Below, piece by piece: positions 24,471 through 38,799 of a stretch of 64,000 nucleotides of DNA. This DNA comes from Yuukianura sp. NJ FZ-2021 (taxonomy: Eukaryota): NCBI GenBank assembly GCA_046563655.1, contig CM102283.1, forward strand, positions 7,750,001 through 7,814,000, in the 5' to 3' direction. The notes under the pieces are model-generated. The model was not told the origin of the DNA and ran no database searches. It was given only the letters and a program-made list of their open reading frames with translations. The stretch's first letter is position 1; each line of letters begins with the position of its first letter. The translations under genes and the position numbers were made by a program.

Positions 24471-26242
24471 ATGGAGGTAAGTCAATATTAACTAAGTTTA
24501 ATTTGAATTTAGGACTTTGTTACAACCTTGACCCGGGTAGAAGTTAAGTTATCAAAGGAAAGAAATAGTTCAGAGAATACTTAATTAACGTTAACCTAAC
24601 TTAATTGTTAATTTCCGCTTTTGTCAACTGTCCGTTGCCCAATTTTGACACTGGGTTAAGTTACATTAGAGTCGTATGATACGACAAACTCTCGGCGGGA
24701 ACTTCCTGCTCGCGCTCAAATTCACCCGTGTTCCTTATCTCTCATTTGTTATTACGTAGTACACCGTCATCAATTAGTTAATTACCGTAGTTAACAAAGA
24801 TTAACCGATAATCGGTTGGCCAATTCTATAGTATCGAAGCGATTGAAGAATCGAATCCTAAGAAGCTACATTTGCTGTTCCGATTTTGACCTGTGACCTT
24901 CATTGTCACATGCACATTGTCTAAGTTCGTGTTAATTAAAATGGATCAAACGAACATAGGAATTTGGACAAACAGACACTATTTTAAGTTATCAAGTTTT
25001 CGCAATGGGTGGTCCACTCCCAGTCCCACCCGCGCTGTTGGATAAGAAGTGGTAGGTTAGCTGGATATGGTGTTTGACTCAATTAATTTGCATTGGGACG
25101 GTTTCAAGTATAGTAACTAAGAACAAAACATTCATAGGTAGGTACATTACTACATTACGTCGTCAGCGACTTTGACTTTAAAGTGATATCGAGTATAGGC
25201 CATCAACTAAAACTATTTTTGTTTTTGTTTGCTTTCAGGGATTTGTGTCCTTTGGTAGTCCTCAGCCAATCGTCTCTATCGCTGGGAAACAGCTGATTGC
25301 TGCCGACGGTGTTCCTCTGTTCTCCACCTACGACGGAATCCTCATGGAACTACCCACCTACTGCTACAACGAACAAGGAATGTTGATCTCCGGTTCATGG
25401 AAGTTCGTCCCGAATACATGGAGTCCTACTGCCCAACCTAAACCTTATGACCAACCGGAAGGAGGAAACTGCTTCGACTACCCTGGGGAAGTTCGGCAGC
25501 ATCAAAGAGCAGCAGCCCAACAAGAACGTTATGACGTACCGGATGGAGTGCAATGCTGCGACTGCATGGACTACCCTGAGGAAATTCCGCAGCATCAAGC
25601 AGCAGCATCACGTAAGTATTAAATCGTTTCTCATTGCATTTATTATCTTTAACCACCTTCATAACGTGACACTGTTAAACTGATCCTACTGTTTCTTTTG
25701 TTGCAGCTGGAGCTGATGCCGACGAATTTCTTCAACGAAATGGACCATACTACAAGACGCTGGCAATCACCAAACGAGGGAGCAAGGTGCGAGGACTACT
25801 GGCCAAGCCAAAGAAATTCAGGACTCCTATTTGCCGATTCTGCTTCAGGTAAACATACTACCACAATTTATATTTATTTTCTTATATTTATTTTTATAAT
25901 TATTTTCACTTATTTTCGTAGTCAGTTTAAATTATTGAATTGATTTTCTAAACATTTCATTGTTTGCAATTTGATTTTCTGTTTTGTTTTTACAGCAACA
26001 AGGAGACTGCCCAAATCTACAAGTCGCACGTCTTGTTTGGGGACGATGGAAAAGTGGTTTGTCCGATTCTGCGCGACCACATCTGCCCTCTGTGTGGAAA
26101 AACAGGAGATCAAGCACACACCTTTCGCTACTGCCCGCTCAACGACTCTGCATCGAAGGCCTTGTCCCACAAGAACACCGTCTACGAAGGGGTCCAGTAC
26201 GCCAGGAATGCTGCAGGAGACAAGATGCTGCTCAAGTTCTGA
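24471..26242 (+). CDS. nos: Nanos-family double CCHC zinc-finger RNA-binding protein (255 aa), 4 coding exons
   Basis: Exons 24471-24476 (ATGGAG|gtaagt), 25239-25611, 25707-25848 and 25996-26242 total 768 nt in frame. CRFCFS|NKETAQIYKSHVLFGDDGKVVCPILRDHICPLCGKTGDQAHTFRYCP is a zf-nanos domain, followed by C-terminal RNAAG. The first micro-exon is less certain than the rest. Confidence 0.92.
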
Positions 26243-29200
26243 AGAGATGTCACCCTGCTCCGGGACTACGCTGGCTGACGACTCGACGACTGCCTTCCAA
26301 TTGGATTGTGAAGCAGTTCCTTATTCCAACTGTCTTCCCATAATTAATTCTTAGAGATCAATTCTTTTCCTATGTTTCTTTTTAGTCTTTGACTGATATT
26401 TGTGTTACCACTTATGTACAACTAGTTTAGTTTAGTATTTATATTTAGTATCATGCTAAGTTGTTAAGTTTATGTTAAGTGACTAATTATGGCGGAATAC
26501 TTGTATTTCTGGACTTTCTTTTCCAAATCTTGTTAAATTTTTGTTCTCATATACAACTGTTGTACCTCTATAAGTTTTACACTTTCCTAAACATTTAGTA
26601 TTTTGTTCATTACGAGTCTTTGTTAGAGCTTTTTGTTAGTTATATTAAGTAATTTTACTTTAGACTATTGATTTTGACTCGTCATGTAGTTTTTTTATTT
26701 GAGTACCACTTTTTCTCTTGAATACATTCATTTCTTTTTCTATTTCTACACACCTTGTAGTTCTGTCTTTAATTTATTTTAATGTTAAGTTCATCCTTCA
26801 TACTTTCTCTTAGTTTTTCAATTTTAATTTTTTTTTTCAAAAGTTTTCATGGTTTGTGGAGGTGTTAAAAATTTTCTTTCATTTTTCCGTTTTCGTTTTA
26901 AATTCAAAATTGAAAATGAGGGCAGAGGTCATTGGACTGTTTCCGAAGTCTCCAATTCCATTTCCCAGAGTCTTTTTTTTGTTTTTAGAATTCAATATTT
27001 TGCTGATTAGTAAGAATATAGCTTTGTTAATTACATTTCCGTTGGTGGTTGGTCGACATGCTTTGATTTCAAGAGGACGTGGAAACCGCAGTTCCCGCTT
27101 TTCTACTTAAGCAGCATCACCAGTCGCAGCATGAGACTTCAAAAATGGAACCGGAAACATCAATTCACAACAAGCCGAGTTCCGTTCAACTGGGAATTTC
27201 ACGCCTGTCAACAAAAAGACAAAAGCTAATCACTAAAAAAACACAAACGTAACAATCACAATCACACTCCAAATGGAGTTCAGTGTGCCACAAAATAAGA
27301 GTGCGAGTGTGCAAAAAATCAGTTTCTTTCCTGTGTCATCTTAGCATTACGTATAATTACGTAACAAAAACTTGTAAGAAGGAAAAAGGGGGCAAGCGGG
27401 GGTTGAAATTGCTTCACCCTTAAGTATCCTTCCTCAACCCCTTAAGCATTGTGTTCCTTAATTACATTTTTCAATCATGAAGGGAAGAGTACTTGTAAAG
27501 CCACCAAGGGCTACAATCATCCCCCCTCTCCCTTGAATCCTAAAATTTCCAAAGGTAACAAACGCACCCCCTCACTCATTTCACCCCCTCTTGAGAATGG
27601 ATGATGAGGGGGTGAGTTTGTGTTTTTACGAGAGTTCTGTTGAATAATCCAATCCAGTTAGTCATTCTCTTCTTCGAAGCTTAGATCTACGAAAAACAAC
27701 AATGTAAGATCAGGCTAAGAGGTAGATTGAATTCCCAGGTTCATCATCCCTCCTGTCGTCAGTTGGCCACGAGGAGTCACCGGTGACGGTCTGGAACAAC
27801 AGTTCGTCATCGTTACTCCGCTAACATAACATAATCTTCCAGCAACCACTACTATTCTACTTCCGTAGAATTTTCTGGACCAAGAGGAAGTAGTTTGTCC
27901 AGCACTGGATATCCTAAGGATCACTGAACATTGAATTTGGTCAATTGAAAAGCTAAGTGTTAATTAGTTTTTGTCAATTGATGAAGTCACTGCTGGAATT
28001 AAGTCAAGAAGGTGTGAAGTGAAACTTTGTGGAAGGACGCCCGAGGTCAACTGCTACTCAACATGAAAGTGACGTAAGATTTAGAAAAAATTAAAAATTT
28101 GAAATTCGAAATTTTTAAATTTTATTTTCTGTTTTTAGTTTTAGTTCTATTTTCTAAGTATATATTACTAGGTTTCTGTATAACTGTAACTAGGGAAATG
28201 TTAGTCCGCAAAAATTTTGCACATAATTTTTACATAACAATTGCCACTCGAAACTTGTTAAGAAAGATGAGTTCGGAGTGTTTTTGCAAATGCCCTTTTG
28301 GTCTAAATTTTAACAAAAGAAGCAGTTAGTTTCACTGTTGTTGCAAATCGTAACAATAGAACAACTTTTTTTTAAATTTCAATGAAAAAGAGCTTTCCAA
28401 AAAATCTTTAGTTTGTATGTGAACGAGAATTTGGAATTGGAGGATGACATGCTCGTTTTCACCGTTTTGGAAACAAGTGACAAGCAAGTTGAGTACAATT
28501 GCTAACAAATGAAATGAAAACTTTAAACAAAAAATTTTTTGCACTTTTTCTACATAACACAATGGGAAAATCTCGTTTCAAATCGGAAGTGAGAGACTGA
28601 CCAACATAATAGTTAGGCAGTCTCTTGAGAAATATTTGCAAAATTAAGTTTTAAAGCATGAGGAAGTTTGTATGGGCAAGTGTAACTCTGACTGTGTTAT
28701 TAGATTAACATGATACTTGAAGATGATACAGTTAGGGAGGAATCAAATCCAGTTACCTTCAACTTTCTTTAAAGTTTACGCAAAACTGTAGCTAATCCTA
28801 GTCTTTTAAAAGTAAATCACAAAGTATAAGTTAGGACGAGCGGAATCGTCAAGGCTTGATGGCCTAACTGATACTCAATTCCCTTCGGTTTCGTACGCCT
28901 AAAGGTTAACGTAACAGTTTTCACTACTGGCAGTAGTAAGCTCAAAGCTCAACTTTTTTCAAAGTTACAAACTTTGCAATTCATCTGAGGTTGCAAATTT
29001 GAATATTTGCAGACACAGCTTACTTTTTAAATTATTTGTTGAAGGTAAGTGGCTCCTTTGCCTTCAAATCCTAAAAGATGAGGAGAAAAAGTATTTGAGG
29101 ATGAGATTATAAAACTTTTTGCAAAAAATGTAAAGTTTTGCAAAAACTGAAAATGAGATTGAATGAGACTGAAAGTAGCGTGAGATAAATTGCAAAAGTG

Positions 29201-32200
29201 CACTTTTGCACATTTCGGCGCTTGTACCAATCCGCATGAGCAGAATTGGTATGTTGTTGATTTTTGCAATTCGAGGATCATCCTAAAGTGGTTGTCAATT
29301 TTGAAATTTTGCCTTGCAAGTTCCATTTCCAATTTGGTGAATAGGAATAACCGCAACTTTCACTTTTTGCTAATTTTTTTTTGCGAGGATGATACAAACA
29401 GACGTCAAATATGTTTTTGAGCGGTTTTACAAATATGGGAACAAAATTTGCAACTGAATTGCGGGAAAAAATTTCCAAAAAGCGTGAGACAGTTTGGTTG
29501 AGAAACAAAAGATTTCTTTTGAAATATTTTGAAGTTTGGAACAATTTTGAGTCTAAAAGCAAAAAACAAGGTTTTTTTTTTGAATTCATGATCGTTTGGA
29601 TTTTTTGTTTCTAATTTTAGTCACAAAAGACTTGATGGCGTGTGAAACTGAAAATTGGTCGAATAATTTTGTTTTTCTGGTGTTTCTTTAACTATTGCCA
29701 AAATTTTGGTAAAAATTTCTAGAAAAAATGACAGGTTGAGATTGATGATGCTTCGTCACACCACTTTTTATTTAATGTTAAGATGACAATTGGTCGTGGG
29801 ATTCTTTTTAAAAATTAAAGTGCAAATTATGAAGCAGAAGCTAACACTATTACAACCATGGAGGATGTGACGAGAGTTTCAAAATGATTGAGACTCGTGA
29901 TATTTTTCTTGACGTTTAAATTGCAAATCTGCATGTTGGCATCGCTTATGTGCAAAAATTTCGTTCGTGCATAATTATTCCTCATCTGTCCACTTTTTTA
30001 AAGAGTAAGAAAATACGAAATTATAGAAATTTTGCACACACGCGGGTGTTTTGTTGTCGTTGAAGGAGTGCAAAAAAATGATAAATTATGATAACTTTTC
30101 TTAAATGCTCACGATCCAGATGACGGTTGAAAAACTTCCGCGAAAATTTGAAAAAGTTCCAAAAACAAATTAAGTTTTGTAACCATAAAGAAAATTTTTT
30201 GTTTTCATTGAGTTCCTTACAATGTCAAAAATGAAATATTTTCAAGTGTTAATTTTTGTTTTCACACAAAAAGTTTTTACGATTTGTAAATAATTACAAG
30301 GTTGAAATTTCTGCTAAACTTCAATTTCTTATACAAAAAACTTTTCATGTTGAGTATCCGTACATATCATATTCTTCAATTTGTTTGCTTTTTGGGAAAG
30401 ATTTTGAAATTTTATGCTTACATTGTCAGTTTTTACGGAATTTGTGTTTGGTTTTTGAATTTCTTTTGACGCTCAAGATAACAGGTCATCGATTCCGCTT
30501 CGATTGTGCAACACTTTTCATTTTTGTTTAAACTTTCCCGCCTTTTTCATCCGTTTGCTCAAAACCCAAAAGTTTTTAGTTTCAATTTGTTGGAATTAGC
30601 GTGACTATTGTTATTCAATGCACCAAAAAAATTTTGCTTTGTTACTTATGTTTACTGTTTTTTTTTAAATTCGGACAAAAATGAAACAGAAAAAATATGC
30701 GGAAACGAACGGTTTTTTATTTTGGAAACAAAATTGATGAAATGATGACAATTTTTTTATTTCCTTAAAAACTGTCCGTTTCAACTCGAAAGCAGTAAAC
30801 GGCTCAGGATTTGGAGCCGCTTCTGCTCAATTCCATTTATATTTTAAGTTGTAAAAGTGTTCCGAACGCCAATTGTTCATTTTTGTCACTCTGTTTTACA
30901 GTTAGTCAATTATAGAGCGCAAGGCTCTGCTGACTCGCTAAAAATCGTTTTTATTGACTTCATTCCTCTTTAGATTTCTATCATCGTTTCCATTTTATAC
31001 GCAGTTCCTTTTGTTAAGTAGCTTCCCTCCAAAACAGAATGACAATAAAAGACCATTTTCCATCAAAATTACAGTTTACTTTCATTTTAGCTCCATTTTC
31101 ATGCATCACTTCTTTTTTAGCAAAGCTTTTTTTGCACTTTTTTTTTGGAAATCTGAAAATACAGAATGACACTAGTATGGTAATACCAAACGACCGTGTC
31201 ATTGCTCTCATCATGATGAAGTTACGCATAACATTTGGAAAACGTGGAGAATTAAAAACTGTTTATTGTTTTTGAAAAATTACACAAAAAAGAAAACAAA
31301 GCAAAGTTTTTCTTCTCCAAAAACGAAAAAAATTAAATTTATTTTTTTGGAATGATGGATTCCATGACTGAATTTCTGGAAGGAAATTACGGTTTTTGAA
31401 GATGATGAAGCACTTTTCATAAAAAATGCATCTTTTGTGTGAAATTGATCAATTGATTTACAGATATCTCCGCCCATAAAAGATTTAAAACCAAAGATAG
31501 AAACAAGGACACTCGTAAAAAGACCTTGATCAATTTTTTGCGTAGGCGAAGAAAATAGCAGGTGAATTTTAGTGGTTTGATGCAACATTAAATCAATTTT
31601 GAAAAAATAACAACAAAAAATAAACGGGTTCGTAAACTGCATGAACTTTGAACCTTTTTGTTTCGTTTTCGGCTTCTTTTGTGAAAAAAGTTGATTTTTG
31701 GGTGGAGAGCGTGTAGGCGAGATTCAGGAAATCGAAAGTTGCTTTAAGACTCCCGCCCGCGCATGTGTCTACTTCTTGTTTCTTTTTTTACTGCAATTTA
31801 TAATTGGTCAACAATGAGTTTACGTTTTTCTGACTTTGATTGATTTTTTGTTATACTAAAAAGTATTTTTTGTAGAGATCAAATACCAAATGGATAGTGT
31901 CATCAATATGTTGATTTTGATCGCTAGGAAGACAATAGTAGTACACTGGGCTTGACTAAATACGAAAAAAATGGCAGCTAATTACATTTTTTTTTTTAGA
32001 ATTTTCGAAAACGTGTTTTTAGAAATTCACAATTCCAAACGCTTTGGCAAAATTTTGTTGCTTTCTTCCGTCATGCCAAACAAAAAGTATGGAAAACAAG
32101 GAAACATTTTGGGGGAGAAAAACTTTTTTTTAACAAAAATTCAAAAAATTGTGACTCAAGAAATTGTGAAAAAAGTCAAATTTTGGGGTAACGCTTAATT

Positions 32201-34369
32201 TTAAAAACAGTAAACTTTTTTGACCAATTTTTCTTTAATTTCCTTTTCTGCATTTTGTTGTTACCAAAAGCTGAGATGCCAACGCCCAAAATTTTTTTTT
32301 TGGCAAAGAGCAGAAACCCCTGCCAAAATATAGCGTCTCTTGCAGCAAGTGCAAAAGGAAACCAAGGCGTTTGTTTCGTTGGAATGAAAATTCTTGAAGG
32401 CTCTTTCAACTCCCTTCTTCATTTCTTCATGTAATTTAAAAGTTTCAAGGCTACGTGCCATAATAACCATGACTACACGTCCGCTTCATCTCTGCAACAA
32501 CACTATACAAAAGACCTCTACTGAAGAGCAGTAGGCCTCCACTGCAAAATACACACAGACCCAAAGACTTATTCGACTCTCCAACAATCATAAGAGAGTC
32601 GTTGGAACCCTGCAGGACGTCGAGTGTTTCAAAATCCCAATTTCAAATAAAAGTTATTTGCACTCTTGCAAAATTTTGCAACCTCTCAAAACACGGGATT
32701 TTCCTTACAATTTCGAAATCTCTTAAAACAAAAATCACGCTTGAGAGTTACAGAATTTAAAGTCAACAAATTTGCAAAAATGAGCTTAGAATTGATAAAA
32801 TAAGTTAAAAAATTTGGAAATAGGTGAATAAATTAAAACTATAAAGTCAGCAATTTGCAAAAACCAACTTGACCTCTTGATACTTGTAAACTTTATTAAA
32901 ACAGAATGCATTTGAGACAATAGGCAGGTCACGCTTTCCAAATTTATTAGAGTCGTGGAGGTGAATCAACTGCCGTCGTGGCGGTGAATGCAAACTTTTC
33001 TTTGCAGAATTGTTTCGTGCAATTTTTTTTTCGCAAATTGCAAGGACCAATGAAGTTGGTATTATCAAAAGGAAGTTTTAAAAAAGTGAAAACTGGTCTC
33101 CGGTGGTTGAAGAATGCTGTTTGATGAAATCATTATCCACAATCATTTGTTTTTGAGTTTGAAATTTGAAGTTGGCGCTGGTGACCTCAGTACGCAAATC
33201 CTAAACCAGTCGAATACTAATTAAGTTTCAAATGACTCCCGACGTGCAAACTGGAATTGTGACTCAATATGTTTAACTCGACAATGACATTACCCCTGCT
33301 GTGGTTCCTTCTGACTAAATCTTTAGTCATTCGCTTATAGTCTTTTCTCAACAATCATTCATTTTAGCACAATTTTCTAAGAATTTCGTTTTCCAAAATT
33401 GAAAACATGATTCACAGTAAAAACGGGGTTCAGGTTTTGGAATTCTGAAAAATTAAAAATAACCTTGAAGTTAAAACGTTTTAATTTTTTGGTTTTTCTT
33501 TTTTTCTTCTTTTGCCTCTGTGGTTTTGTACAAAAGAAACAAATTGGTATTTTGAACAACTTTTTCAATTGAGATTGTGATTGGCAAAAACTTTCTTTTC
33601 AAAAACAGCCTTAATTTTAGAAATAATTGCACAATATACCTCATGACTCAAAATCCAATTCAACAATAATTACTGGACGTTGTAATTGCGTTTCATTGTT
33701 GCTCTTAATTCGTTCTATTCATGCTTACTTTTCTCTTTTGTTGTACGTTTTAACTTTCAAATCCATTTTTTGCTTCTTCGCTAAATTTTTCAAGAGCAAA
33801 ATCACTTTGCAAAAAATAATTTAGCTTTGGCTTCTATTTTTAAAAGTGGATGATTTTCCAGCACTAAAATGCATTCCATAACCAGTACTTAGCATTTCTG
33901 TGAAGAAGCACTCATACTTTCTTAGGTTTTTTTTGCATTTGAAATTTGACTTATGCTTGGTATGGAATGACCATGAAAATATTCAATTTGCAATAACAAT
34001 TGCGGAAGTGGAAAACATGACTCAAAGTTAACAATGGGAATGAATTGAACTTCCTTCAAGAAGTCGCCATGAGAGTTCATTTAAACTCAAGAGGCTGATT
34101 GTGGTAGTCATAATGTTGAATCAATGCTGGGCATGCGCAGAAACCATTTAAGCATGCTCATTGCACATGCGCCGCCAATCTCCTCTAAAACTCATTTATA
34201 ATAATCCGAGAGTCGGTTTTCATGATTGGCACAATGACATTTCAGAATTTACAACTGCCTCAGGCAAGAAAGTTTAAAATTCACTCCAAACACAAAATAT
34301 GGCGCGTTATTGCTTACTTTTTCAAAAATTGATGAAAATTTCAAATTTGATTTTTTCCCATTTGGTAGA

Positions 34370-37300
34370 ATGTCTTTGCTGATTCCTTGGGCGTGGTCAG
34401 TTGTACTGTTAACCGGAGTTGTTGTTGGCCAGTCCAACTATGGAATCCAGGAAAACGACGTCGAGTACAAACACCAAGAAGGGCTTCCCGCCACTGCCAC
34501 TTTGGCCGGAAAAGTTACGCATCTCGATGGCCTTGAACCGCAAATCAAGCTGAACCGAACCGCCGCGGCTCTCAACTGTGCCGACGGTTCCATGAAAATC
34601 CATCTCAGTTTCAAAGAACCGTTTTACGGAATTGCTTATTCGGATTTCGACCGTAGCAGTGCCTGTTTTGCCCAAGGAACGGGCGACACTGTCGTAACGA
34701 TGGAACTCCCACTCAAGGGATGCGGAACGAGACAGGTACTTTTTATGTCACTTATGTTATTGCAATTGGTGTAATTGTAGGTGAGACGTGACATGCGCAG
34801 GCGCAGGGTCTAATTGGAGGTGAAATGTTTGTCGTGTAGGCGTTGAGGTTGCTGTTATAAATTCAATGACAGTTTCTTGGTATGGCGATGAACCAAAAGT
34901 GAATAATCTTTAGCTGACACAATGCAGATGGAATTTGGAGGTGGAATAGGAAATGTCCATTTTGAGCAAACGTCTAAATTAGGAAACTTGATCTTGCCTT
35001 GGTTTGCAAAGTGGTTGACTTAAGTTGAAATCAAAAGGTGGTGGCCTTTACCTCTTTGTTTTCTCAACCTACGCGCATGACCAAGTGTAAATCATGGGCT
35101 TAACCAGAAGGCTTTTCAATCCTAACTTTCAAAATTAAAAAAAAAAGCTTCAAAAAATAAAAAAAAATTGTTTGAAAACTTGACGGAAATTGTTTGCTTT
35201 GTTTCGAACAAGCAGAAGGTTCCGAGAAAAGCAAAAAAGCGTGGCAAACTTTGATTTTTTGTGGAAACTCGGCAATTTGATTTTAAAATTTTAATTTAAT
35301 TTTTTACCGTTTTTTGTCACAATCTCATTCCTGTTTCTAAAAAGTTCTTGGACAGTGTGCAAAATTTTTTTTTCAAAAAGTGAGCCGAGCCGCTACTTTT
35401 GGTTATCATTTTGGCGCAAATTCGGTCCAAATATGGCCGATGGAGGTCAAACTGTCTTTGCAAATTTTGAATTTTGAATGAGAGGGGTAAAATGAGACTT
35501 TGCAAAAATGGGGTGTTGAATTTATGTGTAGGTGGAAAAAGTTGTTGTCGACCGGGATTCTTGACCTGTCCAAACCAAATGCGTTGACCTTCGTCTCAGT
35601 CAACGGTTGCAACACTCCATAGGTTAACAACTCCTTTTTCAAAATAAGCAGGATTTGGTGCTATGAAACCGCCTCCTCACGAACACTTTTCCTCATTCCC
35701 CCTCCTTTTATTTGCAATCAATCAAAGTTTGACCATATTTGAACATACATCACGGACAAACGTTTAATTAAACTAAAACTTCTTCATGTTGTGGTGGGAC
35801 GTTTGAAAAAAGTTGCGTCAAACCACGCCATAATTTGGAAATAATAACAATAAAAAACATTTTTCATTTTTTTTTCAAAATTTGATGTAGTTTATGTTTC
35901 AAAAAGTGCTGCCTCTGGCGGCAAAATCTCTTTTCGGAAAGAAAAGACTCAAAAATGGATGCAGTTTAAAGTGATTGCAAAAATGGTTTTTGGCGAAGCA
36001 TGTCGTAATTTTTGCAAAAACAAAATACTACAAAAAAATTTTTGCAACATTTTTTTTTCGTTTTGTGCAACAATGAAACAGGCCTTCAAGTGTCTGTTAT
36101 TTCGATTTTCCAAAATTTCTTTTTTCCATTTTTTTTTGCAAGTTTTTGCAAAAATTCTGAAAACTACCTCCATCCTTTTGCTACTTTTCAAGTGTGGGAA
36201 ATTCACACTGGAATTTTGTCACGCTATGGACATTGTCATGTAAAATTTTAAATTGACTGGAACTTAAACTCTTAAGCATTTCCTAGAAAAGTCAAGAAAA
36301 AGATTTTGCTGAAGGTTTTCAATTGTTAAAATAATCATGCAATGCATTTAAAATTATGTAATTTTGGTTAAAATTTTTGTACTTCCTTCCGTTTTTGAAA
36401 TCATTCTGTTCAAATTGTTTGCAGGATCCACAACGTGTTTTTACCAACAACATTATTGTTCGTTTTCATCCTACATTGGAAATGGAGGGAGACGAAATCA
36501 TCACAATCGTTTGTCGCTACCCGCCTCCGATTGTGGAAGTTCCACCGCCAGTTCCAATGTAAGAACAGGTTTGATTTGTGCAAAAATTTCAAAGAAAGAA
36601 AGAAATTCGAAATTATTTGGGTTCGGCAATTTTTTTTTATCATGTTTTTCAAAAATTAATGTTGCATAAATTTATGACAGCATCGCTGTTCCAACTCCGT
36701 TCGTAGTATTACCAAAACCACTCAAGGAATTCGAAATTCTGCTCATCATTTGTTCAATTCTGTTCCTTGGATTGATGCTGCTTGGTCTTGGATGTTCTTA
36801 CTACTGTCTCCGGCATAGAAACATTCAGGTTGCCAGGAAACGACCATTCAGGTATGAATTTTCAAAATTCAGGATTACATGAAATCAAAATTTCAAAGAA
36901 AAAGAAGTTTTGGGATGCCTAAAATGATTCCACTTTTTTCTGCCTTTAGTGCTTTTGATGAAGATGAAAGTGAAAAGCAGTCAACGATTGAATCATTTCA
37001 AAATTTGAAAATCCCACGCGTCCATCCTCCATCTGAATCTTCATCTGAGGTGCCAATTGAAGAGACATTAGGTTCGGACTATCCTTCTTCAATTGAAGAT
37101 GCTCCACAACGTCCAGATACCGTTTCATCAGAGTACTCCGACACCCACTTCCAACTTGATACAGCCCTCATACCGCCGGCACGAGTCCGAAAACCCGAAT
37201 TTGAAGTGAACATGCGCGTAGCCAAACAACCGGAGACGCAAATGCGGTATGCCGAAACTGAAGGGTCCATCAGTTCACTGGAAACCGGGGTAGCTCGGAG

Positions 37301-38799
37301 CACGCACGTAGCTGACTTGCATCCGCCACCGAGAAAACGTTCACCGCCTGCTGTATTTTCAAAAGTAAAATTAATTTTTTGAAAAAAGTAAAAAAAAAAA
37401 AATACTTAATTTTTGAAATTTTTCATTTCTTTGAAGGCCCAGACTCACCAAGATGCAAAACGTAGTGTGCAGTCTACAGAGCATGTAGATATGCTCACTG
37501 TGGTTGATCGAGAAGACCTTACGCGGGAAACTCGGTACACGCAGCCACTGGCTGTACGAAAACCGGAAGTTTCTGTACACACTGTAGATGATGTGTACTT
37601 GCAGGTATATTTTGGAGCCAAAATTTAAAAAAAAGTTTTTCAAAAAATCTGAATTTTTTGAATTCCAGACAATAGTTGAAAGGCGGTTGATCGAAGACGA
37701 AGAACGTCGTACACGCGAAGTGACACAATTCTACAAAAAAGAAGATCCAAAATGGGATGTTACCATTAGGAGTCATCACACGCCGGCAGAAGAGGAAGCC
37801 TGGGAACGCGGTAAATTTCAAACTCAAAAACCAAATTTGAATTTTTTCAAAATTTCAAAATTTTGATGTTTTTTGTTACCAGGGTCAGAGACAACAGACG
37901 TAGCGTCGTCAATCGGTTGGTCCGCCGTTGACGAGCCTCCAACACGTCTCCGCTACGGTGTTGACCAAGAGCTATTAAACCGCCGTACGGACGTTACACG
38001 TCAAGATACGGAGAGGACCACGACTGTTTCCCGAGCAATGCAGAAACTACAGCAAGATGACACGCAGACTTGGAATGCCAAGTGGCAAGTGCTTCTGCGT
38101 GTCCTGGAGTCTCCGCCTCCTCCAGCATCTACATCTAGAGCTCACTCGACAACAGAAGACGAAGACTATGATGACGATGCTACCTCAGTATTGACGCCCA
38201 ACGACAGAGAAAAATGGCGTCGAATCATTACGACCGAATCGACACTGCGCAGTCTCCTTACAGAAGCAACAGTTAGAGAAGACTACGAACGGATTCGGCG
38301 GGATATTCGATACGAAAAATTATTCGAACCTGAGAAGTGGGACGTCATTATTCGCGTTTTAGCTCCGCCTCCGGCTGAACCGACGTATTACCGTGAAGAT
38401 TCTGTTAGTGAAGTGTCGACTGTTTCTTCTGGACCGGTTGCATATCGTCGCAAGAAGTCAACTGGAGAGAGCACCGTTGAAAGCCGAAAGTCAATGACTG
38501 ATGTGCGGTCAATGACAGAGATGATGGTAGATTTTGCAGCGATTGAAGGAGATGACGCTTCTTCGCTAATGTCGGGTCCTGGAGCACGTTCGGTCGCTGA
38601 TCGTTCTCAGACTGAAATTGTAGAGTTTGGACCAATGGATGACCAAGGAGAGTCGTCGGAAGTATTGAGTCGACGTGGCGGCACGTTTAGAACGCATGAG
38701 CAGAGTTCTTCGAGAGAAGTAAATGCCAGTCGAGGATTCGTCCAGGAAACGCAAGCATCCAAATCAACATTTTCCAGTAGTCGACTGACCCGCTTCTGA
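34370..38799 (+). CDS. zye: Single-pass ZP-N-domain apical matrix protein, zye-like; 7 coding exons
   Basis: Exons 34370-34735, 36425-36558, 36681-36851, 36950-37364, 37437-37604, 37669-37810 and 37883-38799. Signal peptide, then a 4-Cys ZP-N (LNCADGSMKI..FDRSSAC..LPLKGCGTRQDPQRVFTNNIIVRFHP..IITIVCRYPPP), a TM segment (ILLIICSILFLGLMLLGLGCSYYC) and a long acidic cytoplasmic tail. The symbol comes from recalled similarity to insect Zye and is less certain than the gene model. Confidence 0.8.

Noticed and set aside
26261-26285. CUGGC Smaug recognition element in the nanos 3' UTR
   Set aside because: The loop sequence is present, but the flanking stem has only two adjacent pairs before mismatches. 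Too weak to call.
27100-27930. Possible small gene (ORF 27715..27924)
   Set aside because: No motif and no consistent splice sites in any frame examined.
28000-34250. Many 60-120 aa ORFs rich in F/K/N/L
   Set aside because: These are translations of A/T-run non-coding DNA with no transposase or other motifs. Probably the upstream or intronic region of the ZP gene.
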